40,816 nucleotides of DNA from Kiritimatiellia bacterium (lineage in GTDB: Bacteria > Verrucomicrobiota > Kiritimatiellia > CAIQIC01 > Lenti-01). A program made the position numbers and the translations under genes. Under the pieces are notes generated by a model. The model did no database searches. It had not been told where the DNA came from and saw only the letters and a program-made list of their open reading frames with translations. The stretch spans positions 1-40,816 of the forward strand of contig JAVEUJ010000002.1 in assembly GCA_034005635.1 (NCBI GenBank), given 5' to 3'. Numbering within the stretch: the stretch's first letter is position 1; each line of letters begins with the position of its first letter. Shown here piece after piece: positions 1 through 7,358 of this stretch.

Positions 1-749
1 CCGTAAAATGCAGCGGCGACGGCCCCGAACAGGAACATCAGTGAATTGCCGAGCAGGAAGGCAATGACGGTGGTGGATACGGCAATGCGCGGCGAGCGCG
101 CAAAGCGCGTGAAGTCAGGCGTCAGGGTTCCGCCTGAAATGAACGAGCCCACGCAGATGCCAATGGCCGCCCCCAGGCCAATGGGGGTGGCCGGTTCTTG
201 CGCCAACCAGGCCGAGACCCCGCCGAAGTCCGCGAACGCTTTGAGGACGGATGCCGACCCGAGTACGGCGATGGCTGGCACGGCGACGATGGACAGGATG
301 GTCAGCGATTTAATACCGTAATAGGCCGTTAGGGTCATCAAGGCCCCTGCTACCCACAACAGCGCCAGGTGCGGCACGTGGGGAAAGAGTTGCCCCACGG
401 GCAGGGCGAACATGGCTACGCCCACACCGAACCAGCCCACCTGAGTTACGCCCAGCAGCAGTGAGGGCAGGGCGGCGCCCTGCTCGCCGAAGGCATCGCG
501 GGCCAGCAAATGGGTGGAACGTCCGGTTTTGGCTGCGATATAGGCCAGCAAGCCGGTATAGGTGCCCAGCAGGACGTTGCCTGTCATTACGGCTAGGAGG
601 AAGGAAGACGCGCGCAGGCCCGTACCCAGTGCGGCACCCGCCCACATGCTGGCGGAGAAGAAGGTGAAGCCCACCATGACAACCAGTATCGCCCAGAACC
701 CCCGACGGGCATGAGGTGCGACGGGGCTGAACTCATATTCGGAATGCAT
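1..749 (-). CDS. codB: Cytosine/purine permease (NCS1 family, CodB-like), N-terminal ~249 aa; 3' end lies outside the window
   Basis: My own minus-strand translation from the ATG (reverse complement of cat at 747-749) stays open to position 1: MHSEYEFSPVAPHARRGFWAILVVMVGFTFFSASMWAGAALGTGL..LAYIAAKTGRSTHLLARDAFGEQGAALPSLLLGVTQVGWFGVGVAMFALPVG..VGSFISGGTLTPDFTRFAR..FLLGNSLMFLFGA. It is absent from the ORF track because there is no stop in the window. The blocks closely match remembered E. coli CodB (FFSASMW, GAKTG.TTHLLAR, LPSLLLGGTQVGWFGVGVAMFA, GSFISAGTLTADF, FLGNSLMF). Confidence 0.88.
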   Translation of the reverse strand, partial: MHSEYEFSPVAPHARRGFWAILVVMVGFTFFSASMWAGAALGTGLRASSFLLAVMTGNVLLGTYTGLLAYIAAKTGRSTHLLARDAFGEQGAALPSLLLGVTQVGWFGVGVAMFALPVGQLFPHVPHLALLWVAGALMTLTAYYGIKSLTILSIVAVPAIAVLGSASVLKAFADFGGVSAWLAQEPATPIGLGAAIGICVGSFISGGTLTPDFTRFARSPRIAVSTTVIAFLLGNSLMFLFGAVAAAFY

Positions 750-843
750 GGCCGGCAGTGTGCCGCAGGAGAATGAGCCTGACAATGCAGAAGGGGGGAA
801 CCTGCTTGACGCGGGGGGCGGCTGGCGGGATGCTGAGTTTGAT

Positions 844-3800
844 ATGAAGACAACGGGGTACACTCTCCAGAATGGAACGCGCGGCTTGCGCGCCCTTTGG
901 GGTATGGCGTGGATGGCGGTGTTCCTGTGGGCGGCGTCAGCGGCAGCCGATGTCATAACCGGCGCAGACTGGCGCGTTACGTTCAATCGTCCCGACCAAA
1001 CCACCACGCTGACCAGCATCGGCACCAACGAGTTTGATATTCGTGATCGGTTCGTGGCCTGCATTGAGGAACTGCAAAGCGGTGACGCCGGTTACTTAGC
1101 GACGTATACCTTGACCGGCAGCTATGCGCAAAATGGCGCGGCGGGGCCGATTTTGGCGGCCGTGTCGAACGCGCTCGCCCGCGGCGCGCGCTTAGGATTT
1201 GTGGCGGGCGGCGATGTGGACTTGACGGAAGAATTTTGGCCGGGATGTTCTTTGAATTCGCTGTCAAAACGTCCGGGCAATGCGCTGGAGGTCGCTCGCG
1301 CACCAGCCCAGGGCATCATGCATAACAAAGTGGGCGTGTTTTTTTATCGCGGTCGTGGCGAGAGCCGCCTGTTGACGGCGTCTTGGAATTTCACGGCGTG
1401 GGCCAGCTCTCGGCAGTGGAACATTTTGACCGAATTTTCTAATCATGATCTGGCGTGTGCCTATTCGAACGAATTGCGGCAGATGCTTAATGGCTATTTC
1501 CATTCGAATCCGGACAAATCGCGGGTGCCGCAAGACAAGGCCTCGTTCGACACGGCCAACACGACCGCAGGGGGGTGGGTGCGGTTTGCCCCGTATCCAT
1601 CAGGCCGGACCGGGGGAGACAATGCCGAGACAGAAATCACTAACCGCATCGCGCAGGCACGCCAGAGCATCTGGTTTGCACTGAACAAGCAGACCCGCGC
1701 GGTGGTGACGGATCAGTTGATTGCCGCCTGCGATCGGGGCGTCGAGGTGCATGGGGTGGTTCCGGTGAGCGACCGCGCGAAAGCCTCCAACGCTAGCTTT
1801 GAGCAATATCAGCGGATGCAGGCGGCAACGAATTACGCGACCACTAACCGCATCCATCTGCATGAAGCCTACTATAAATGTACTAGTGCGACTGATTTTG
1901 ACACTGGGCTTTCTGACCTGGTTCATTGCAAATATATGGTGATCGATCCGTTTGGGCCAGAGCCGTGGGTGATTCACGGATCAGCCAATTGGACATGGAC
2001 CGCACTAGTGACGGCCAACACCCCGACTTCCAACGATGAAAACCTCCTGTTCATCCCTGATGGTGGAGTCGCTCGCGCGTTTCTGGCGCAATTCGCCGTG
2101 ATGACCGGCGTGGAGGCCATAGAGCCGCCACCGTCGGACGGCGTGCGCCTAGCTCTGGCAGCGGTGGCCGGGACGCAGCAGTTGCAGTTTACGATACCGG
2201 CTGGCCTGGACGGCATGTTGGTCGGCAGTGCCGATCTGCAGCCTTGGGCGCCAGTCTGGTCGAATCCGGTGGCGGGGGGCGTTACCAACTTTATTCTGCC
2301 CCGCGCGGTGCCGCGGCTGTTCTTCCGGATAGAGAAGGCGGCGCCGTCCGGCGCAGCGAAAGTGCATCTGAAGGCACCAGCGCTGCAGCAGAGTCGGTTG
2401 AGTGGGGCCGACATCTGGCCGCAGCCCTTGACGAATGGGGGCGCGTTGGCGGTAACGGTAGCACCCGAAATTCTGACGGCGATTGGTGAGGGCGGAGTGG
2501 AATACACGGTGACGGCGACGGTGGAAAATTCCACCGAGTTTGAAATCAGCCACGCCGCGTGGACGGTGGTCCCCACCGCCGGTACCACCAATGCTTATGC
2601 CGGCCTTCAGGCCGAGGACGGTCAGAGCCTGGTGTTGATCCCGGCGCCGGAAGATGGCGGGGGGGTGTTCGATGTGACCTATCTCGTGGTGGTCGGCGAG
2701 GGAGCGGAGGCGGTGAGCAACTCTGCGACCTGCCGTCTGACGGTGCTGAATCCGCGCCGGGTCGATTTTGAAACGCTTGGTCCGTTTTCCGGCTATCCAA
2801 CCAATTACGTGGTGGACGACGTCACGGGTCAGACCAACTACGTGGGCATAACGACGAATCTGAACGGGATGGATTGGAAATTCTTCAATGTGCGCCGTTC
2901 TTCGGCCAATCGCATCGGCACCTATTCCGCGCAGTTGCGGCACTACTCGTCCAACCTCCCAGGGCTGCTGGAAAGCGAGGGTTGGTTTGACGGCATTGGC
3001 TCGATTTCCGTACACATGGTGCTGTTCAATACGACTGGATTTTTGACGTTTGTGGTGGAGACGCAAGCCGCGGAATCCGGGGAATGGGTGGCGGCCGGGG
3101 AACCGTGTCGAGTCGAGGTCGGCGGCGATATCAGCAATCAGGTCCATACGGTGGATGTGAACCGTTCGGGTCTTTTGAAGGTGCGTCTGCGCACAACCGG
3201 CGGCTATAACAAGAGCATCAATATCGACAACTTGATGATTCGTCCCTATGGCGATTTGGTGCCCTATCTGGAGGTGGCAGGGGCGCCCGTGGCAGCGGTT
3301 GGGCAGGAATACGAGTTGGCCTTCCGCGTGGTCAACGGGGACGGCGCGCCGCGCATCTGGACGGATTATGGCGTGGCGTTGCTGGAGGGAGCCGGCGAAG
3401 TCCCGGTCTTCGAGGAAGTGGACGGCAACCTGTGCCTAGCGTTTACCCCCACCGCCGCTGATCTCGGTAAGGCCTTCATGGCGACGGGGACGGTATCGAT
3501 CTATGGCAGACAGTATACCTATTCCACCAACTGGACCTTTACGGTTGCCGCCGCACCGGAATTTGAATTGCGCAACGCCAGCCCGCAGGGGCGAACCATT
3601 CTCTACACCAACGAGATACTCGATGTCTGGTCGACCAACGTGGTCGTGGGGGGCGTGGTCTGCACCAACAACGCGCAATATACCGCGTCCTGGACGGTGT
3701 ATCCGCCGTTTGCTACCAACACGGTGAGCCAATACAACCGCTATCGCGTCGGTGGTGGCCTGATGGCGGCGGATGTGGGCAACCACGATGTGAGCCTGAG

Positions 3801-4851
3801 CCTGACGGACAAGTCCAACGGCCTGACCACGACGCACAGCCTCCATTTTCTTGTTTTAGACCGCGAGCCCAAAGATCCGCGCTATGTGGACTTCGAAGAA
3901 TTTGGTGACGCTGATTATGATTCGCGCACGGTGAACTTGTCGGGCAGAGATTGGAACATGGCGGGCGTTTGCGCTGGGTGGAGCCCTGAGGATGTCGGCG
4001 TTGGCACGACCGCCGCGCGGTTGCAATGTCCGGCGGAAGGGGTGGCATTTCTGGAGAGCCAGGCTGCTTTCGATGGAATCGGCTACATCGAGTTTGCCTG
4101 TGCCGGCCATGCCGGGAGCGCGGGCGGCGCGGTGCAGATGTGGATTCAGTTGGATGGAACTTCTGAGTTTGTTCCGCTCGGCAATCCGGTCGTGCCGACC
4201 CGCGATCTGACTTGGTATCGGACGTATGCGGGAGTAACAACGCTGGCCAGAGTTCGGTTGGAGGTATCCGGGGCGCCCGGACAATTGGTCAATGTGGATG
4301 AGTTGAAAATCGGCGAGTACCGCCCTGAAGAACGGATTGTGGTGGTGGGCGCGCTGGAGATCCCGGCGGGCAGTGGGTTTGAGCTGCAGTTTGTGGCAAC
4401 CAATCTGGTGACGGGAGTAACCACTGCGGGGATCTCCGTGTTACGCGATGGCTGGGATGTGACGCAGTATGATGGCGAGACGCCGCACTATTTCTATCGC
4501 ACAGCGGAGGAAACTGACGGGAAGAGCGGGAGCCTTTTCATTCGGATACTGCTCTCCAGTGGCTATGAACTCGCTACCAACGTGGAGTGGAGGGTGTTGG
4601 CCGCTGATCGCCCGCACATCGAGGGCTTTCAACTCGACCGCCTGACAGTTTGGAGTTTGGCGGGCTGGAGCAACATTGTGTTCGCCGTAACCAATCTTGG
4701 CGGTGTCCCCCACGAGGCGGATTGGGTGTGGGCCTTGACCAATGTCCCTGCCGCCGATGGCTCAGAGGATATTGTCCTGCCCGGGCCCGATGAGCCGCCC
4801 GCCTCCGAGCATGATGCGCTTTTCTATGGCATCAAAACCCTTGGGGAGTGA
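844..4851 (+). CDS. Secreted PLD-superfamily (dual HKD motif) protein with a ~900-aa tail of duplicated beta-sandwich-like modules (1,335 aa from this start)
   Basis: ORF track 748..4851. I prefer the ATG at 844 (MKTTGYTLQNGTRGLRALWGMAWMAVFLWAASAAADV, which is signal-peptide-like), because a start at 748 would overlap the divergent codB start codon. Two HKD-type motifs are present: GIMHNKVGVFF..LLTASWNFT and LVHCKYMVIDP..IHGSANWTWT (HxK(x)4D..GSxN). The rest has no catalytic motif I recognise. Confidence 0.75.
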   Translation: MKTTGYTLQNGTRGLRALWGMAWMAVFLWAASAAADVITGADWRVTFNRPDQTTTLTSIGTNEFDIRDRFVACIEELQSGDAGYLATYTLTGSYAQNGAAGPILAAVSNALARGARLGFVAGGDVDLTEEFWPGCSLNSLSKRPGNALEVARAPAQGIMHNKVGVFFYRGRGESRLLTASWNFTAWASSRQWNILTEFSNHDLACAYSNELRQMLNGYFHSNPDKSRVPQDKASFDTANTTAGGWVRFAPYPSGRTGGDNAETEITNRIAQARQSIWFALNKQTRAVVTDQLIAACDRGVEVHGVVPVSDRAKASNASFEQYQRMQAATNYATTNRIHLHEAYYKCTSATDFDTGLSDLVHCKYMVIDPFGPEPWVIHGSANWTWTALVTANTPTSNDENLLFIPDGGVARAFLAQFAVMTGVEAIEPPPSDGVRLALAAVAGTQQLQFTIPAGLDGMLVGSADLQPWAPVWSNPVAGGVTNFILPRAVPRLFFRIEKAAPSGAAKVHLKAPALQQSRLSGADIWPQPLTNGGALAVTVAPEILTAIGEGGVEYTVTATVENSTEFEISHAAWTVVPTAGTTNAYAGLQAEDGQSLVLIPAPEDGGGVFDVTYLVVVGEGAEAVSNSATCRLTVLNPRRVDFETLGPFSGYPTNYVVDDVTGQTNYVGITTNLNGMDWKFFNVRRSSANRIGTYSAQLRHYSSNLPGLLESEGWFDGIGSISVHMVLFNTTGFLTFVVETQAAESGEWVAAGEPCRVEVGGDISNQVHTVDVNRSGLLKVRLRTTGGYNKSINIDNLMIRPYGDLVPYLEVAGAPVAAVGQEYELAFRVVNGDGAPRIWTDYGVALLEGAGEVPVFEEVDGNLCLAFTPTAADLGKAFMATGTVSIYGRQYTYSTNWTFTVAAAPEFELRNASPQGRTILYTNEILDVWSTNVVVGGVVCTNNAQYTASWTVYPPFATNTVSQYNRYRVGGGLMAADVGNHDVSLSLTDKSNGLTTTHSLHFLVLDREPKDPRYVDFEEFGDADYDSRTVNLSGRDWNMAGVCAGWSPEDVGVGTTAARLQCPAEGVAFLESQAAFDGIGYIEFACAGHAGSAGGAVQMWIQLDGTSEFVPLGNPVVPTRDLTWYRTYAGVTTLARVRLEVSGAPGQLVNVDELKIGEYRPEERIVVVGALEIPAGSGFELQFVATNLVTGVTTAGISVLRDGWDVTQYDGETPHYFYRTAEETDGKSGSLFIRILLSSGYELATNVEWRVLAADRPHIEGFQLDRLTVWSLAGWSNIVFAVTNLGGVPHEADWVWALTNVPAADGSEDIVLPGPDEPPASEHDALFYGIKTLGE

Positions 4852-4872
4852 GGGGTGAGGGGGGGGGGAAGA

Positions 4873-4905
4873 GAGACTAGAGACTGGAGACTTGAGACTG
4901 GAGAC
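4873..4905. repeat. Tandem heptamer array (GAGACTN) x 4.7
   Basis: Read directly: GAGACTA GAGACTG GAGACTT GAGACTG GAGAC. It is preceded by a G10 run at 4859-4868 and lies in the convergent intergenic region. Confidence 0.9.
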
Positions 4906-4994
4906 GGGGAGAAACTACGAAAATCGCGAAAGGGAAAGAGGGGGAGTTTCACTACGAATTAAACGAATGGCACGAATGGTAGGAAGGGGCTCCC

Positions 4995-5080
4995 CGTAGC
5001 GTGGACCTCTGGTCCGCGCCGGGCAGAAGAAGCCGCGCAACGGAACTGGAAGAGGCGCGGACCGGGAGGTCCACGCTACG
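4995..5080. repeat. Nested imperfect inverted repeat (long hairpin or cruciform candidate)
   Basis: CGTAGCGTGGACCTC (4995-5009) pairs with GAGGTCCACGCTACG (5066-5080). GGTCCGCGCC (5011-5020) pairs with GGCGCGGACC (5054-5063). Each arm also holds its own small palindrome: GGACC-tct-GGTCC at 5003-5015 and GGACC-ggga-GGTCC at 5059-5072. Confidence 0.85.
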
Positions 5081-5089
5081 AGAGCCGAG

Positions 5090-5161
5090 TTTTCCATAGC
5101 GTGGAAGAAAATCTTCCATAGCGTGGAAGAATCGCGAAATAGTTTTCCATAGCGTGGAAAA
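5090..5161. repeat. Three copies of a 15-bp palindromic unit TTCCATAGCGTGGAA (TTCCA-N5-TGGAA)
   Basis: Identical 15-mers at 5092-5106, 5114-5128 and 5145-5159. Spacers are 7 and 16 nt, giving start-to-start distances of 22 and 31 bp. The flanks extend the palindromes (TTTTCCA..TGGAAAA, TCTTCCA..TGGAAGA). Confidence 0.9.
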
Positions 5162-5267
5162 CTCTATGCCAGGGGATTTCTGGAGGGACAGCCTGTCCAC
5201 TGTGGCGGAGCCTCTGTGCTGTCCGGGATTGTCACGTCGCATTCTTCGGGCCGTTGGCTGATCGGGG

Positions 5268-7358
5268 TCAGGAAAAAACGGGGGCCGAGTCGCGAGTCCA
5301 GCGTACGGTGAGGGGGGGGGCGTTAGGGTGGGTGAATTCCAGCGCATACTCACCCTCGGGGGCGGCCAGTTTTTTTGAGAAGGTTGCGCCGTTGAGGGTG
5401 GCGAGGAGGGATTGCAGGGCATGGAAGGCGGGGCGGGGGCGCCAGGCGACGGGATCGGTGTCGTCCACGAGTCCAAAGCCACGCGCAGCAAGCCGCCACC
5501 AGTAGACGCGGGAAATATGTCCGGAGGCAAGGGTCAAGAGCAGATAGCGGGTCATGAAGGCGGCGTAGGTTTCTTCGTCAACGGAAGGATCATTTTTACG
5601 GGGATCGAGCGTTTCGTAGGGGGAGGTCACCGGGGACCACGGGCCGGTGCCGAGCAGGGGCCAGTTGACTTCGGTGATAATGGGCTTGTCGGAGGTGAAG
5701 CGGTGGGTGCGGGCGAAGGCCCGCAGCAGAGCGCACTTGGCGACGGTGTCATAGCGGCCCTGACGATTTTCCGGAGCCCCGCGGCGGTCCACATAGAGAT
5801 GATGGGAGAGGGCATGGAACGGAATGTCCGGTGGCAGGAGGTCGAGCAGCGCCGCGAGGGCATGGGGTTCAAAATCAATACAGGCCGGGCCGGTGATCCG
5901 AGCTTTGGGGTGCTGGATCAGGCAGGAACGGACCGGATCGAGCAGGCGGGCATAGTCTCGGTAGTCCCAGACGCCCCACTTGGAGCGATTGATGGCATGA
6001 CCAATTTCAAAGAAATCGGCGAAGGTATGGGCGCGATCAAAAGCGAGCGTCACCATCTGCCGCCAGCCTTTGGGTTCGCGGAGCGCGCGGCGATCCTGGA
6101 CGAGAGCCAGCGCGACGGCATGGCCGCGATTGTGCAGGTTCAGGGCCTGGTCGAGCGTCCAGTGCCAGGCGTCGGGATTTTGATGATGATAGAGGCGCAG
6201 GAGCAGCGGGAGGTGCTGCGGGCCTTGGAGCTGGTCGAGGAGGGCAAGTTGGCGGCTCCAGGTGGCGGGTTCGGCATCGAGGCTCAGGCCAATGGCCCCA
6301 TCGAAGGGCACGGGGGTTTGGAAGCTTTGGGCGAGCAGCTTGCGCTCGTGACGGTGAATGGCCAATCCCTTGCGGACCAGTCCGCTCAAGGCAGCGGTGA
6401 CATTCGCGACGGGTTGGAGTCGGCGGCGGTCGCGGGCGGTATAGGCGGGGATGGCCTGGGCGGAGCGGTCGTCCCAAATCCAAATATCGCGCCCGCGCAG
6501 GGGAGAGGGGGCATCGGCTTGCGCGCGGCGGATGCGGGCTTCGCGCAGGGGATGGCGGATCGGCCGCAGGGCGGTATGCCGGGCAAAGGCGGCGCGAGCG
6601 CGTTGTTCGGCAGCGGAGAATTCGGGTGGCGGGGAATAGCCGTTATGGTACATGGCGTGGAAGACGCGGCGGAAATCGGAGGGTAAATCAAGGCGGGCGA
6701 GGTCCGCCCCGCGTAGTGCGGGGGAGGGGTCGGGCGTGTGGCGGGCGCGGTTGAGGTCGAGAAAGAAAACCTTCCAGGGGGCGGTGGGTTGGTCAGAGTC
6801 ACGCTGGAGCCCAATATTTTGATTGCCGAGATCGTAGTGCAGATAGCCGGCATCGTGCAGGGCGCGAATGGCCGTGGCGACGCTGTGCAGCAGGTCCATC
6901 AGGGGGGCGCAGCGCGGGGCGTCGGAGTAAATACGCTCGAGTTCGTCACGAAAACTGGTCAGGTGGGGGACGTAGACGGATACAAGGCGGCTGTCGCGCA
7001 GGCGCGGACCTTCCCAGCGCTCCACGACCGCGATGGGCGCGGGGGTGCCGACACCGGCATCGCGCAGGGCAATCGCGGTAGAGAATGCGCGTTCGGCTTT
7101 GGAGCCGTTGCGCAGCGCGAGGCGGTCGCGCCAGGCGGCTTGCGCGCCGTAGGATTTTACGACCGCATCGATGGTGGCGTCGCCGCAGGGCAGCAGCAGG
7201 CGGTCGACCCGGTGGCGTCCTGGGCGGACCAAAGGATTGGCATCCTTTTCCACCAGAAACGGGAGACGCGCCAGGGTTTCAATAAATTCTGGCCGGTCCC
7301 GGCCCGGAGCAATCTGGATGCGCCACGGGCCGCGTGGCTGCCAAGAAAAATCAGTCAT
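5268..7358 (-). CDS. Two-domain protein: N-terminal Kdo/WaaP/InaA-type lipopolysaccharide-kinase-like domain fused to a C-terminal TIM-barrel glycoside-hydrolase-like domain
   Basis: ORF track 5268..7469. The ATG at 7358 (MTDFSWQPRGPW..) sits 2 nt after the stop of the upstream GT2 gene (tca at 7351-7353), so I prefer it. Kinase-like blocks: AVVKSYG, SKAERAF, LHDAGYLHYDLGNQNI (catalytic-loop-like), FFLDLNRA (DFG-like). C-terminal blocks: FEIGHAINRSKWG and PIITEVNWP, which resemble the clan GH-A acid/base and nucleophile strands. Confidence 0.65.
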   Translation of the reverse strand: MTDFSWQPRGPWRIQIAPGRDRPEFIETLARLPFLVEKDANPLVRPGRHRVDRLLLPCGDATIDAVVKSYGAQAAWRDRLALRNGSKAERAFSTAIALRDAGVGTPAPIAVVERWEGPRLRDSRLVSVYVPHLTSFRDELERIYSDAPRCAPLMDLLHSVATAIRALHDAGYLHYDLGNQNIGLQRDSDQPTAPWKVFFLDLNRARHTPDPSPALRGADLARLDLPSDFRRVFHAMYHNGYSPPPEFSAAEQRARAAFARHTALRPIRHPLREARIRRAQADAPSPLRGRDIWIWDDRSAQAIPAYTARDRRRLQPVANVTAALSGLVRKGLAIHRHERKLLAQSFQTPVPFDGAIGLSLDAEPATWSRQLALLDQLQGPQHLPLLLRLYHHQNPDAWHWTLDQALNLHNRGHAVALALVQDRRALREPKGWRQMVTLAFDRAHTFADFFEIGHAINRSKWGVWDYRDYARLLDPVRSCLIQHPKARITGPACIDFEPHALAALLDLLPPDIPFHALSHHLYVDRRGAPENRQGRYDTVAKCALLRAFARTHRFTSDKPIITEVNWPLLGTGPWSPVTSPYETLDPRKNDPSVDEETYAAFMTRYLLLTLASGHISRVYWWRLAARGFGLVDDTDPVAWRPRPAFHALQSLLATLNGATFSKKLAAPEGEYALEFTHPNAPPLTVRWTRDSAPVFS

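Noticed and set aside
748-843. The ORF-track start at 748 for the PLD protein (32 extra N-terminal residues).
   Set aside because: It would overlap the divergent codB start codon (747-749) and would place acidic, Gly-rich residues ahead of an obvious signal peptide that begins at the ATG at 844.
844-4851. The PLD-domain protein as a defence-system nuclease.
   Set aside because: It has a secretion signal and a large extracytoplasmic-looking modular tail. There is no adjacent ATPase, helicase, methylase or other partner gene, and it is flanked by a permease and envelope genes.
5090-5161. Possibility that the repeated palindromes (here and at 10980-11051) are a small CRISPR array.
   Set aside because: The repeats are only 15 bp, the spacers are 7 and 16 nt, there are only three units, and no cas genes are present. 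This is not CRISPR geometry.
4915-5530. ORFs 4915..5097(-), 4952..5530(-) and 10946..11137(-), which span the intergenic repeat regions (peptides containing FSTLWKT.., FHAMED.., FHSVEK..).
   Set aside because: The peptides are simply translations of the TTCCA..TGGAA palindromes, read as FH.ME or FS.LWK. The ORFs overlap the repeat arrays and, for 4952..5530, the 3' end of a real gene. There is no start context or family motif.
5412-6686. Long antisense ORFs opposite well-supported genes. Examples: 5412..6686(+) opposite the kinase fusion, 9739..10893(+) opposite mvaS, 11849..12589(+) and 12573..13283(+) opposite ClC, 2149..3147(-) opposite the PLD gene, 13850..14707(-) opposite GT4, 20157..21377(-) opposite hoxF, 25851..26783(-) opposite tuf, 35264..36274(-) opposite rpoC.
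   Set aside because: These are typical shadow ORFs of GC-rich DNA. The translations are Arg/Gly/Pro/Ala-rich and low-complexity with no motifs, while the opposite strand encodes proteins with clear family signatures.
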